Of a DNA stretch of 64,000 bases, positions 44,289 to 55,460 are shown in pieces. The stretch spans positions 1,664,001 to 1,728,000 of the forward strand of contig CBDCOZ010000003.1 in NCBI GenBank assembly GCA_965220085.1, given 5' to 3'. Under the pieces are notes generated by a model, which was not told the origin of the DNA, did not search any database, and was given only the letters and a program-made list of their open reading frames with translations. Each line of letters opens with the position of its first letter. The first letter of the stretch is position 1. Both the position numbers and the translations under genes were made by a program. The stretch is from Candidatus Oxydemutatoraceae bacterium (lineage in GTDB: Bacteria > Pseudomonadota > Gammaproteobacteria > Poriferisulfidales > Oxydemutatoraceae).

Positions 44289-44310
44289 TTTTCTCCCCCT
44301 GTTTGTAAAT

Positions 44311-45534
44311 TTAATGCGCCGCCCACTCGATTGAAGCGAGGTCAACGCCGTCTTTGTACATCTCCCACAACGGCGAGAGATCCCGTAATCTGGCAACCGA
44401 TGATTTTACCAAATCAATCGTATAATCAATTTCTTCGGCAGTCGTATAGCGTCCGACAGAAAAGCGGATGGAACTATGCGCCAACTCATCGTCGCGGCCC
44501 AAGGCGCGCAACACATAACTCGGTTCGAGTGACGCCGAAGTGCACGCCGAACCGCTGGAAACCGCAATCGTCTTCAGCGCCATGATCAGCGACTCGCCTT
44601 CGACATAGTTGAAGCTGACATTCAAATTGCCGGCAACCCGTTGCGTCAAACTGCCGTTACAATACACTTCCTCAATGCCTTTGAGACCGTCCCACAAGCG
44701 GTTTCTCAACTTCAAAAGACGCGCGCTCTCCGCAGCCATCTCCTGCCCGGCAAGCATAAACGCTTCGCCCATGCCGACAATCTGGTGCGTCGCAAGCGTC
44801 CCCGAGCGCATGCCGCGCTCGTGTCCGCCGCCGTGCATCTGCGCTTCCACCCGCACCCGCGGCTTGCGTCTCACATACAATGCGCCGATTCCCTTGGGGC
44901 CGTATGCCTTATGCGCCGAGAAACTCATCAAATCGACTTTCAGCTCTTGCAAATCTATCGCTATCTTGCCGGCGCTCTGCGCGGCATCAACATGGAACAA
45001 AATGCCTTTGCTGCGCGCAATCTCCCCGATCGCCGCAATATCTTGTATGACGCCTATCTCATTATTAACGTGCATGACAGATATCAGAACGGTGTCCTCG
45101 CGCAAACTGTCTTTGAGAACATCCAAGTCCAACAGGCCGTCGGCTAAGGGCTCCAGATAGGTCACCTCGTATCCTTCCTTCTCAAGCTGGCGGCAGGTAT
45201 CCAGCACCGCCTTATGCTCGGTCTTGACCGTGATGACATGCTTGCCTTTTTTATGGTAGAAATGCGCCGCGCCTTTGATTGCCAAATTATTGGATTCGGT
45301 CGCGCCGCTGGTGAAAACGATTTCACGCGCATCCGCATGAACCAGCTTGGCAACTTGCGCGCGCGCGGTGTCGACCGCCTTTTCCGATTCCCACCCGAAG
45401 GTATGGCTGCGCGACGCCGGATTGCCAAATAGTCCGCCGATGGTCATGTAGCGCTTCATCTTTTCGGCGACCCGCTCATCCGTGGGCGTGGTCGCGCTAT
45501 AATCAAGGTAAATAGGTAATTGAACTTCGGACAT
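44311..45534 (-). CDS. iscS: Cysteine desulfurase IscS
   Basis: [33 protein letters not shown]. Confidence 0.97.
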   Translation of the reverse strand: MSEVQLPIYLDYSATTPTDERVAEKMKRYMTIGGLFGNPASRSHTFGWESEKAVDTARAQVAKLVHADAREIVFTSGATESNNLAIKGAAHFYHKKGKHVITVKTEHKAVLDTCRQLEKEGYEVTYLEPLADGLLDLDVLKDSLREDTVLISVMHVNNEIGVIQDIAAIGEIARSKGILFHVDAAQSAGKIAIDLQELKVDLMSFSAHKAYGPKGIGALYVRRKPRVRVEAQMHGGGHERGMRSGTLATHQIVGMGEAFMLAGQEMAAESARLLKLRNRLWDGLKGIEEVYCNGSLTQRVAGNLNVSFNYVEGESLIMALKTIAVSSGSACTSASLEPSYVLRALGRDDELAHSSIRFSVGRYTTAEEIDYTIDLVKSSVARLRDLSPLWEMYKDGVDLASIEWAAH

Positions 45535-45553
45535 GGTGTAACCTCCTCGCAGA

Positions 45554-46024
45554 CTATGCCGTGTTTGCCGAACCGGCGTTGATTTCCAGCAGGCGATCCT
45601 GCCTTTTGGCAACGGAACGAACGCGACTTTGCGAAATAATATCAAATAAGCGAATGCCGTTAAACACACTGTCAAAACGATCATTCAAATCCTCCCATAA
45701 CGCGTGCGTAAGACACACTTCGTTGTTCTGACAATTTTGTTGCCCGCCGCAACGCGTGTTGTCAACCTTCTCTTCCACCGCATTAATGATATCCGCCAGC
45801 GATATCTGATCATGGCTCCTGCCGAGACGATAGCCGCCGCCGGGTCCTCTTTGGCTGCTGACCAAACCGCATTTGGACATCTGCGCAAGCAAATGCCCGA
45901 GATAAGAAAGCGGAATATTCTGGCGCGTCGCGATAGCGGATAGCGAGACCGCTCCCTGACCCTCGTGCAAAGCCACATCGGCCAAGGCGGTTATGGCATA
46001 TCTCCCTCTGGTTGTTAGGTGCAT
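45554..46024 (-). CDS. iscR: Fe-S cluster regulator IscR (Rrf2)
   Basis: [17 protein letters not shown]....NC.....CLTH.LW. Confidence 0.95.
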   Translation of the reverse strand: MHLTTRGRYAITALADVALHEGQGAVSLSAIATRQNIPLSYLGHLLAQMSKCGLVSSQRGPGGGYRLGRSHDQISLADIINAVEEKVDNTRCGGQQNCQNNEVCLTHALWEDLNDRFDSVFNGIRLFDIISQSRVRSVAKRQDRLLEINAGSANTA

Positions 46025-46043
46025 ACTTTTTAACTCCCAAGTA

Positions 46044-46068
46044 ATAATTGACCATTTTACACAAGATT
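46044..46068. promoter_or_regulatory. Probable type-1 IscR operator
   Basis: ATAATTGACCATTTTACACAAGATT, 20 bp before the iscR ATG, resembles the ATAxxTGAC-core type-1 IscR site; IscR autoregulation is established. Confidence 0.6.
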
Positions 46069-46312
46069 TAGATATTGTCACTCCCGAGTGCCGAAACCGT
46101 TGTAATAGCAGGGATATTCATTGCTTTGCGGCATCCGCAAAGCGGCGTAAAAAGCATCTCCGACAGGCGGACATGCCCCGATACCGCCCGCACAACGAAC
46201 CCCGCCGAGCATAAACCGGCGCATGCGATAGGCCGATGCGTCACATGCTGTATCGGTAACAAACTGTTGTTATAATACAGCCCTATGTTCCAAGCTTTAG
46301 TCACCGCAACAA

Positions 46313-47290
46313 ATGGATAACTCTGCCAAAATCGCTGTCATCATACCGAACTTCAATCGCAAAAGCATCATTATCAAAACACTCGATTGCGTGAAAGCGC
46401 AAACATTGCCGCCGCATCGCCTCATCATCATTGATGACGCATCTACCGACGGCAGCGAACAAACCATCGACACCTGGATCAAAGAGAGCGACATATCGTT
46501 TGAGACGCAACTGCTGATCAACGAAAAGAATATGGGCGCGCCCGCATCAAGAAACCGGGGATTACAACACATCGGAGATTGCGAATTCGTCTACTTTCTT
46601 GACTCAGACGACTATCCGCCGGACTCGTTTCTGGAAAAAGTAACGGAGAAAATGGCCTCAGACCCCGAATTGGTAGCGGTCAGCAGCGATAGAACTATGT
46701 ACTATGAAGACTCTCAAGAAACCATCTGTCAGTCGGCGATAAGCGATAACCCTTGGGAGTGGTTTTTGTGCAACGGAGCGGGCATCGCCTCGTGCACTTT
46801 GTTTCGGGCGCATGCCATCAAAGAGCTCAACGGCTTCAACCCTACTCTGCCGACGGGACACGACACCGAACTTTTTACCCGCCTCGCCGGCATGGGCAAG
46901 TGGGGTTATATGCCCGACTGTCCGGTGTCATTCCTGTACAGAAAGCAAGGACATCTGCGCTCCAAATATCATGATTACCTGCGCAGATGGGCGCTGATTT
47001 ACGAAGACTGCATCAACAACTTTGGCGGCAGAGAGCATATATCAAAAGACACCTATGGCGCGTTATTATCGTGGCGCTGGTTTGTGGCGGGAGCACAACT
47101 CCTGCGACACGGAAAAATCGCCGAAGCGAATGATTGTTTTCGCAGATCCTTGGCTTGGAAATTCAAAAGGAACTGGTCGCTCGTTTTCCTCCTCATCGTA
47201 TCTCCGGTCATCAGAGCGCTGCCTTCCGCCGCCATTATGCGCATGATGGATTCTTCGTCATGGATTAAATCCATCTTCGCAAAGTTATAG
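46313..47290 (+). CDS. Glycosyltransferase family 2
   Basis: VIIPNFNR, IIIDDASTD, SRNRG, FLDSDD. Confidence 0.9.
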   Translation: MDNSAKIAVIIPNFNRKSIIIKTLDCVKAQTLPPHRLIIIDDASTDGSEQTIDTWIKESDISFETQLLINEKNMGAPASRNRGLQHIGDCEFVYFLDSDDYPPDSFLEKVTEKMASDPELVAVSSDRTMYYEDSQETICQSAISDNPWEWFLCNGAGIASCTLFRAHAIKELNGFNPTLPTGHDTELFTRLAGMGKWGYMPDCPVSFLYRKQGHLRSKYHDYLRRWALIYEDCINNFGGREHISKDTYGALLSWRWFVAGAQLLRHGKIAEANDCFRRSLAWKFKRNWSLVFLLIVSPVIRALPSAAIMRMMDSSSWIKSIFAKL

Positions 47291-47319
47291 CCCCGCAGAC
47301 AACCGAAAAGCGACATCTC

Positions 47320-48156
47320 ATGCAAGCCTCGCCATATCCGATTTTCGTCATCAACCTGCCGCGCTCGCGGGAGCGCAGAGAGTATATTGACAAACAGCTG
47401 CGGCAACTCGGCATGAACTACGAGTTGGCGGAAGCGGTGGACGGTCAGCGACTGACAGAGCCCGAGATGCGCGAACGATATGGCGAACAGCTTTTTAATG
47501 TGAACCCCTATAACCAACAGATCATGACGCCCGGCGCCGTCGGTTGTCTGCTCAGCCATCTCAAGCTCTATGATGTGATCATTGAACGGGATATTGAAAT
47601 CGCTTGTATTCTGGAAGACGATGCCAAAATATTGCCCGGCTTCGCTCAAATTATGGAATCGTCGGCTCTGCGCAACAGCGCCTGGGAAGTGTTGTTGCTG
47701 GGGCATTACTCCATGCGCCATCGGTCGCTTGAGCGCGGCGCCGAGACCGGGTTCTGGAAAAGCAAGGTCTGCGCAGACCACTACATCGCCAAACCCGCCG
47801 AATTTCCTTTCCTGACCCTCGGCTATATGATCAAGAAATCGGCGGCGGAGAAACTGAGACGGTTTGCCTACCCTTTGCGCATGCCCGCCGACTGGGTGAC
47901 CGCCAATGCGGAATTAGCCGGAGCGCGTTTGCGCCTGATCACGCCGCCGTGCCTGCTGTGCGAAGACAGATACAGGGATAACTCTCTGGTTGGCAGCAAA
48001 CATGGCGACAAGGCGAAGCCGCCTTGCCGAAAAAAACTCCCGTTCATCGTTCTGCTGCTGAGAAGATTGGCCGGGAAAGCATACTATGAGATACAAAAAA
48101 TACTGGTAAAGACAAACATCACCCCGAAATCATACACCCGGAGAATTAAGCCATGA
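47320..48156 (+). CDS. Glycosyltransferase family 25 (LOS biosynthesis-like)
   Basis: VINL.RS.ERR, AVDG, GAVGCLLSH, ILEDDA, PADW. Confidence 0.9.
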   Translation: MQASPYPIFVINLPRSRERREYIDKQLRQLGMNYELAEAVDGQRLTEPEMRERYGEQLFNVNPYNQQIMTPGAVGCLLSHLKLYDVIIERDIEIACILEDDAKILPGFAQIMESSALRNSAWEVLLLGHYSMRHRSLERGAETGFWKSKVCADHYIAKPAEFPFLTLGYMIKKSAAEKLRRFAYPLRMPADWVTANAELAGARLRLITPPCLLCEDRYRDNSLVGSKHGDKAKPPCRKKLPFIVLLLRRLAGKAYYEIQKILVKTNITPKSYTRRIKP

Positions 48157-49112
48157 GTACCGAACCCTCCAATATAAGCATCGTCACCCCGATACTAAAC
48201 CGGGCGCCTTTTATACCGCCTTTGCTATCCGCTATGGCAAACCAGACTCTGTTACCGGACCGAGTGATTATCATCGACGACGGTTCCGACGACGCGCCCG
48301 ATGCCGCCATCCGCGAGTGGCAAAACGCCAACCCGAAGTCATTTGACATCGAGTATGTTCGCCATCCCCGAACGCTCGGCGTATCGCAAGCTCGCAACAG
48401 CGGCATCCAAGCGCTCGAAGGAAAGAATTGCGAGTTCGTATACTTCCTTGATTCGGACGATATGCCCCCTCCGAAGTTCCTCGAAGCAACCCGCGCCGCC
48501 CTCGCGGCGGATGCGAGCGCGGTCGCCGCGACCACCGACCGGATTATCATCTCGGATACCGATGAGACCTATCTCGATCAGTCGGAAATCATGCAAAACC
48601 CCTGGCGATGGTTTTTGATTCGCGGTGCGGGAGTCGCATCATGCACCTTGTTGCGTATGGCAACGGTACGCGAAGTCGGAGGCTTCAATACCACTTTGGA
48701 AACAGCCGAAGACACCGAATTCTTCTGCCAAATTGCAAACCACGGCAAATGGGCGTATGCCATCGGCGCCCCGGTGAAGTACCTGCAAAAGAGCAACTTA
48801 GTCCACCTGCGCAACCTGCACAACGATTATCTCAGACGGTGGGCGCTGGTTTTTGAAAATTGCATTGAGAATTTCGGCATGAGAGAAAACATAGAACTCC
48901 GGCTCATACGCAGAGAAATGGCCAAAAGGTGGCGCCACGCGGGAGAGCAACTCTTTACCCAAGGGCGGTACGACGAATCGGAAGAATGCATCCGCCGGGC
49001 GCTGGCATGGAGCATCGTTGCGCGCAGGAATCTCGCATGGATGGCGGTACACATCTTACTGAGACGGCTGGTAAAAAACTGGGTCTTAACGGTCAGGAAA
49101 AGCGGCTATTAA
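48153..49112 (+). CDS. Glycosyltransferase family 2, paralogue of 46313-47290
   Basis: IIIDDGSDD, ARNSG, CEFVYFLDSDD; shares NPW.WFL..GAG.ASCTL and DYLRRWAL with the first GT2. Confidence 0.9.
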   Translation: MSTEPSNISIVTPILNRAPFIPPLLSAMANQTLLPDRVIIIDDGSDDAPDAAIREWQNANPKSFDIEYVRHPRTLGVSQARNSGIQALEGKNCEFVYFLDSDDMPPPKFLEATRAALAADASAVAATTDRIIISDTDETYLDQSEIMQNPWRWFLIRGAGVASCTLLRMATVREVGGFNTTLETAEDTEFFCQIANHGKWAYAIGAPVKYLQKSNLVHLRNLHNDYLRRWALVFENCIENFGMRENIELRLIRREMAKRWRHAGEQLFTQGRYDESEECIRRALAWSIVARRNLAWMAVHILLRRLVKNWVLTVRKSGY

Positions 49113-49161
49113 CCGACCGAGGTTCTCCGCCCGCAACGCATCAACTCAGGAAAACGCTGCC

Positions 49162-49962
49162 ATGTCCCCCTATCTCAGAATCGCCCAAGAAACCGCCCTT
49201 GCCGCCGGCCGCATATTGCGCCATAGCGCCAGACAAGGACACAAAATCCGCGTCTGGGAAAAAAACAAAAATGATCCCGTCAGCGAAACGGATTTGGAAT
49301 GCGAAAAAGAAATCGTCGACAGACTGACCCGCGCCTATCCCGATCACGGCATCCTGTCGGAAGAAGACACGACCGCCAACCGACAAGCCGACATGCGCTG
49401 GGTGATAGACCCCATAGACGGCACCAGAAACTTTGCCAGCGGCATTGCGCATTTCGCCATATCGCTGGCCCTGACGAACAAACAAGACATTCTGGTCGGC
49501 GTCGTATACGACCCGATCAAAGAAGAAATGTTCTGTGCCGAGCAAGGCGGCGGCGCGCACCTGAACCAAAAAAGAATTCGGGTCGGCGCCTATAAAACCA
49601 TCGCCGGATCGATGCTGGCAACAGGCATCCCGTATTGCGAAAGTCACGATATAGATGCCTACATGAAAACGCTGAACACCGTCGTACGACAAGGCGTCAA
49701 TATCCGCCGCATGGGAGCGGCGTCTTTGGACTTGGCATATGTGGCATGCGCAAGGTTTGACGCCTTCTGGGAATTCGGGCTTCAGCCGTGGGACATCGCA
49801 GCCGGCATCCTGCTCGTGCGCGAAGCCGGCGGCCTAGTCAAAGAAGCGAGCAAAGCCGGCAAAGGGGCGCTTGACTCCGGAGACATACTCGCGGGCAACC
49901 CCGACATGGTGGAAAAAATGTCGGCCGCGCTGGCACAGACACCGCGACCGGCGCGGATATAA
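49162..49962 (+). CDS. suhB: Inositol monophosphatase SuhB
   Basis: WVIDPIDGT.NF, RRMGAASLDLAYVA, WDIAAG.L.VREAGG. Confidence 0.93.
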   Translation: MSPYLRIAQETALAAGRILRHSARQGHKIRVWEKNKNDPVSETDLECEKEIVDRLTRAYPDHGILSEEDTTANRQADMRWVIDPIDGTRNFASGIAHFAISLALTNKQDILVGVVYDPIKEEMFCAEQGGGAHLNQKRIRVGAYKTIAGSMLATGIPYCESHDIDAYMKTLNTVVRQGVNIRRMGAASLDLAYVACARFDAFWEFGLQPWDIAAGILLVREAGGLVKEASKAGKGALDSGDILAGNPDMVEKMSAALAQTPRPARI

Positions 49963-49992
49963 TGACTGCTTCCGTCATCAAAACTTTGTAAC

Positions 49993-51159
49993 ATGGCAAA
50001 CATCATGGCAAACATCATGGCAACAGCGAAACAAAACACCGTCATGCGCGACTGCATCCAAAAGGTCGCGACCGGCCCCGAATACAGCAAAGACCTCAGT
50101 TTTGACGAAGCCCGCGCAGCGATGAGAGAAATCCTAAAGCCCGGCAGCGACCCGGTACAAGCCGCCGTCTTGCTCATCGGCTTGAGAATGAAACGCGAAA
50201 CACAGCCGGAAAACAGAGGCGCCCTGAAAGCAATCTGCGAAGTCATCGACTGCCTGACCGCCGATGCCGACCAAGTGATAGACATCGCCGACCCCTATGA
50301 CGGCTTTGCGCGCGGCTTGCCGGTCTCCCCCTTCCTGCCGGCGCTGCTTGCGAGCTTGGGTCTCGCAGCGTTCGCCCACGGGGTGGACAGCGTTGGCCCG
50401 AAATACGGGGCGACGCACCCCAAAGTTCTGCGCGCAGCCGGCGTCGCTGTCGACCTGTCGCCGCAACAGGCGTTGGCACAGTTGAATGACATTGGCTGGA
50501 CCTACATTGACCAGAGCGCGTTCTGCCCGCCGCTGTACGCGCTCATCTCATTGCGCGCGCGCATCGTCAAACGCCCCCTTTTAACCACGCTTGAAGTCCT
50601 GACCGGCCCGATCAAAGGCCGCCGCAGCACGCGCCTAATCACCGGTTATGTCCACAAAGCCTATCCGCCAATCTACCTTGATCTGGCAAAATGCGCCGGC
50701 TTCAAATCCGCCGCCGTAATACGCGGGTGCGAAGGAGGAATCATTCCTTCGCTACAACAGCGATCAAGACTGTTTGAATACACCGCCGAGAGCGCCGTAA
50801 GCGATGACGATATCGAGGAACAGATGCAAAAACGGGAGTTGGACCCGACCGCGCTTGCTATCCGGCAAGACAGCAGAGCGGTGCCGATTCCGGACACGCT
50901 GACCCCGCGACAGGCCGTCGGCGACAAGATAGAATCCAAGATAGATGCCGACAGCCTCGCACAGTGCGCGGCGCAAGCGGGGCTCGAAGCATTGCAAGGC
51001 AAAGCCGGCCCCGCGCGCGATAGTCTGCTCTACGCCGCCGCCATCGTGCTGACGCATATCGGCCGTTGCGACTCCCTGCCGGAAGCGTATCGGGAGGCCG
51101 AAAAGAAGGTAGACAAAGGGGAAGCCTTGGCCTGCTTTCAAAAAGCCCTCGCATCCTGA
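49993..51159 (+). CDS. Anthranilate phosphoribosyltransferase-like (TrpD/YbiB fold) protein; start among 49993/50005/50017
   Basis: IQKVATGPE.SKDL, LRMKRET..E, GPKYGAT, TGYVHK.YP; canonical TrpD GTGGD motif absent. Confidence 0.7.
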   Translation: MANIMANIMATAKQNTVMRDCIQKVATGPEYSKDLSFDEARAAMREILKPGSDPVQAAVLLIGLRMKRETQPENRGALKAICEVIDCLTADADQVIDIADPYDGFARGLPVSPFLPALLASLGLAAFAHGVDSVGPKYGATHPKVLRAAGVAVDLSPQQALAQLNDIGWTYIDQSAFCPPLYALISLRARIVKRPLLTTLEVLTGPIKGRRSTRLITGYVHKAYPPIYLDLAKCAGFKSAAVIRGCEGGIIPSLQQRSRLFEYTAESAVSDDDIEEQMQKRELDPTALAIRQDSRAVPIPDTLTPRQAVGDKIESKIDADSLAQCAAQAGLEALQGKAGPARDSLLYAAAIVLTHIGRCDSLPEAYREAEKKVDKGEALACFQKALAS

Positions 51160-51201
51160 TATAATGAGACTTATGCAAACAACCAACTTACAAACTTAAT
51201 A

Positions 51202-51402
51202 ATGGACGATTTATACAGAAACACTACGACCGCGATGGAAGAAGCCGGAGCGGACTCGGATTACATAATCGGATGGCAAGGAGGCTACCTCGGTCATCCC
51301 GCCCGTGAAAAACAGCGCGCATCGGAAGCCTATCTTGCGGGATATGCCGACGGACAGGAAAAGAACACTGCCAACTACGAGAAATGGGCTGACAACAAAT
51401 GA
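51202..51402 (+). CDS. Alvin_2107-like small sulfur-globule oxidation protein, copy 1
   Basis: ME..G.D.DYI.GWQGGYL..P.RE.QR..EAY.AGY.DG pattern, recognised from memory of that family. Confidence 0.7.
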   Translation: MDDLYRNTTTAMEEAGADSDYIIGWQGGYLGHPAREKQRASEAYLAGYADGQEKNTANYEKWADNK

Positions 51403-51620
51403 ACCCGCCCGCTTCAAACAGACCTCCGGATTGCCATTGCGATGACAACAGCGCGAGTACCGCGCGGCGGAGAAAGAAAGTGTCAGAGGGAACGCAAGAG
51501 GTGCGACAGGATACGAAGTCACTTGCAAGTGACGCGCACTGTGTGGCAGGCTACGGCACTAAGAGTAGCAACACGCATTGCATAAGTATTCGCTAAACAC
51601 AAACCATGAGGAGAGATACC

Positions 51621-53547
51621 ATGAAACGAGAGTCTTTTAATACCCCCCCCCCCCCCCCCCCTGAACGGGCGGGCAACACTAACCCGGTTTAGCCTCCGGT
51701 CGCTCATTCTGCCGACCCTGTTTGTTATCTGCGCTCAGGCACAGAGCGCGCCTGTGGCTCAGGACAAAACCATCGATGTTCAGGTGGGCGATACGTTTTA
51801 CACCTTCACGGCGGATGACTTCCCGATAACCGATGCAGACGGTGATGATGGTCTGGCAGTTGGCAGTCGCATATACGTGGAGAGCTTGCCTGTTTCCGGC
51901 AGTAACGCACGAGGTAACTTGGTCACTGCGCCTCTTGGCGCCCGCGTAGTTTTAAGCACGGGAGATTTCGCCACCGAATCCCGCCTCCGGGCAGGCGAGT
52001 TCAGGTACGAGTTGTCCCCCGGTGCCACGAATGTTGTCAGCGGTTATGCCACTTTCACCTATAGCTACTCGGCCGATGAGGGCGCTACCCGTAGCAACAC
52101 CGCCACCATCACCATCAACCTGGCGAGGATGCAGACGCAGATGCCGGCAACCGGCGCGCCCACTGTGACGGCGCCGATGGGCAACACAGTCTGGGACGAG
52201 GATGCGCTCCACACCGCCACTGCTCGCGGTATCAGAGACCCCAATGGCTTTAGCGTCACAGAAGTCACCTGGCAGTGGCAACAGGCCGTCGTCGCCGACG
52301 GGGCAACCCCGGCGGACAGCGACTACGCCAATATTGCCGCGGACACCGCCACCTTTCTCTCCACCACATTCACACCGCTACAGGCACATGTGGGGAACTA
52401 CATACGGGTGTGCGCATCCTTCCCGGACAGCATCGTACCGGCCGTCCGCGAGCGACGTTGCACCGCAGGCAATGTCATCGCCAATGTCAACGATGCCCCG
52501 GTTGCGCAGAACAACACCATCTTTGTGCCGGTAGGCAGCAGTTATGCCTTCTCGGCGGGCGACTTCCCGTTCACAGATGAAGACGACGATGCGTTGGACG
52601 GAGTTGTCCTACAGACCATACCCGCCAACGGCGCCCTGAGCAGGGGTAGCACGGCTTTGACTGGCAGTCAGGTTCCCAGAACTGTAGCGCTGGATGATAT
52701 AGGCGCCATCAGCTACACAGCGACCGGTCAGAACCCGAGCGCAGGCTACGCCACTTTCACATTCAATGTGGTTGACGCCGGCAACGATGGTGTCAGCAAC
52801 AAGAACAGCACCAACACCGCCGCCATGACCATAGACCTGGTGCCGTCCGCGCCATCGGCGGCAACCGGCGCACCGACGGTGACGGCGGCATCGGGCGCCG
52901 CCTACAACGAAGGCGCGGAACTGACCGCAGCTATTGGCGACGTAGCCGATGCCAACGGCATCCCTGCCCACGGTCAGATGACGTGGCAATGGCAACAGTC
53001 CGCCACCACGGCCACCGACACATACGAAAACATAGCCGGAGCCACCGGCGCCGCCTTCGTGCCCGGGCGGGAACATGTCGGCCAATACATCCGCGCCTGC
53101 CTCGGTTTCACCGACGGCATAGGCGCCGCCGAGATGCGCTGCTCCGCCGGCAACATCATTGTCAGAGTCAATTCGGTGAGTGTGCCGATTACCGCCGACG
53201 CAAACGCGCCCTATACTTTCAAGCTATCCGACTTTATATTTCCGGGCGATGACATTGACAATCTGGTCAGCATCACCATAGTCACCACGATAGCATCGGG
53301 CAAGGGCATATTTCGCAACGACGGCGCCGCAGTAACCGCCAACACCACAGTGACCGCTGCCGGCCTGCGCAACGGCGACCTCACTTTCTATCCCCCGGCC
53401 AACACCGCCGCCGCCGATAGCTTTGCCAGTTTCACCTATACCGTGAACTATGGAGGCGCCAACACCGCCACCCGCACGATGAACATCAATCTGGCGGAGC
53501 GCCTGCGCTTGCGGCTGCGCCTGTTCCTCGAAGGGCCGTTGCGATAG
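51621..53547 (+). CDS. FLEGPLR-tail family member 11, five-domain Ig/cadherin-like; frameshifted at C19 tract (uninterrupted ORF 51754-53547)
   Basis: GAGGAG RBS before ATG 51621; C18 restores MKRESFNT-Pn-LNGRATLTRFSLRSLILPTLFVICAQAQS signal; C19 stops at TAG; tail motif. Confidence 0.82.
51643..51661 (+). repeat. C19 homopolymer in leader of member 11
   Basis: Counted directly. Confidence 0.9.
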
Positions 53548-53714
53548 CGCGAGCGCCGCCTCGCAGGATTTGCGCCTAGCACGCTCCCTCGCGGGAAGCG
53601 TATCGGGAGGCCGAAAAGCAGATAGACAAAGGGGAAGCCCTGGCCTGCTTTCAAAAAGCCCTCGCATCCTGATATAATGAGACTTATGCAAACAACCAAC
53701 TTACAAACTTAATA

Positions 53715-53915
53715 ATGGACGATTTATACAGAAACACTACGACCGCGATGGAAGAAGCCGGAGCGGACTCGGATTACATAATCGGATGGCAAGGAGGTTA
53801 CCTCGGTCATCCCGCCCGTGAAAAACAGCGCGCATCGGAAGCCTATCTTGCGGGATATGCCGACGGACAGGAAAAGAACACTGCCAACTACGAGAAATGG
53901 GCTGACAACAAATGA
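53715..53915 (+). CDS. Alvin_2107-like protein, copy 2 (identical protein)
   Basis: Same 66-aa translation as 51202-51402; one synonymous GGC/GGT difference seen. Confidence 0.7.
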   Translation: MDDLYRNTTTAMEEAGADSDYIIGWQGGYLGHPAREKQRASEAYLAGYADGQEKNTANYEKWADNK

Positions 53916-54133
53916 ACCCGCCCGCTTCAAACAGACCTCCGGATTGCCATTGCGATGACAACAGCGCGAGTACCGCGCGGCGGAGAAAGAAAGTGTCAGA
54001 GGGAACGCAAGAGGTGCGACAGGATACGAAGTCACTTGCAAGTGACGCGCACTGTGTGGCAGGCTACGGCACTAAGAGTAGCAACACGCATTGCATAAAC
54101 ATTCGCTAAACACGAACCATGAGGAGAGAGACT

Positions 54134-55460
54134 ATGAAACGAGAGCCTTTTAATACCCCCCCCCCCCCGGCGCAGGAGCCTGCACCACTTATGGTCGCTG
54201 GCACTGCTCGCCCTTTTCATCTTATCCACCCAGGCCCAACCGCACAGCAACCACGCTCCCGACAGCCCGGTTGTTCTGGGTCTGATTAAGCCGAACGCCA
54301 GCAATAAAAATGTATGGGTGTTGCCCACTGCCACCGCCGACAGCCCGTACACTTTCAAGACGAACGACTTTCCTTTTTTTGACCGTGACGGCGATACCCT
54401 GACCAGGGTCACCATAAAGAGCCTGCCATCCGCCGGAACCATGCTGGTGGACGGTTCCGCCGCCACTCAGGGGCAGAATGTGGCAACCGCCGACATCGGC
54501 ACCATCAAATACTATCCGGCACCGGGACAGTCCGCACAGGCCAACTACGCCAGCTTCACATTCAGCGTCACGGCTGGCGGTCAGGAATCCGGCAATGGCA
54601 CAATCACCATCAATCTTATCGCAACCGAGCAAGTCCCAGCCACCGGCTCGCTCGCACTATTTCTACTGCACGGCAGCGATACAAGCGCATTAGATGAGGA
54701 TACGCCATTAGAGGAGGATATACCATTAGGCATATCAGGTTTTTTCAGCATTGTCGACCTCAACACCATACCTAGCGGCGCACTGACAAGCCTCAAATTT
54801 AAATGGCAACAATCCGCCACCCGGGGCGGCCAATTCACAGACATCACTGATACCAGTCTCGGAAACCCCAATTTCACCCCTCTGCAAATCCATGTGGGCA
54901 CATACATACGCGGCTGTGTCGTCTTTCTGGACGGACATGCCACCCCCAACCTTGAGACGGTGTGCTCCGCAGCTGGTCAGGTAACGAATAGAGGCGACCA
55001 GCCCGTGGGCGGCCCCAGCACTGTTAAGGTGCCAACTAATGCCATACCCACTAAGCCGCACCGCTTTGCGCGGACGGACTTTCCCTTTTCCGATGAGGAT
55101 GGCGACACCATCAATGGCATTCGCATAACCGCCCCGCCCACCAGAGGCACCCTGGTGGTGCGGGCGGGCGATTCCAGCACCGCCATAGCCATAGGCGCCG
55201 AGCTGACCCTGGCCCAGATGAATGCCCTGGCATACTATCCGGAACCCAATGCCCCCGCTGGTGCGGGCTATGCGACATTCACATACAGAGTGCGGGATAC
55301 TGGCACTGTAAGCACCCAGGTCTTAAGATGCATAGGGACTGATTGCAGTCAATATGCTGGCAGCACCAACGAGGCCGACACCGATTCCACCCTCACCATA
55401 GACCTGATAAACACAATCCGCCTGCGGTTGCGCGTTTTCCTTGAGGGGCCGTTGCGGTAG
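54134..55460 (+). CDS. FLEGPLR-tail family member 12; frameshifted at C13 tract (uninterrupted ORF 54318-55460)
   Basis: GAGGAG RBS before ATG 54134; C12 restores ..RRRSLHHLWSLALLALFILSTQA-Q signal; ends IRLRLRVFLEGPLR. Confidence 0.82.
54156..54168 (+). repeat. C13 homopolymer in leader of member 12
   Basis: Counted directly. Confidence 0.9.

Larger units (their letters stand above)
51081..54168. repeat. Direct repeat of about 575 bp (51081-51655 and 53594-54168), period 2513
   Basis: Contains the trpD-like 3' end, the whole 66-aa gene, the spacer, RBS, ATG and poly-C; a few substitutions between copies. Confidence 0.95.

Noticed and set aside
49993-51159. Calling this gene trpD
   Set aside because: PRPP-binding GTGGD motif not found and no trp operon context; left as TrpD-fold protein
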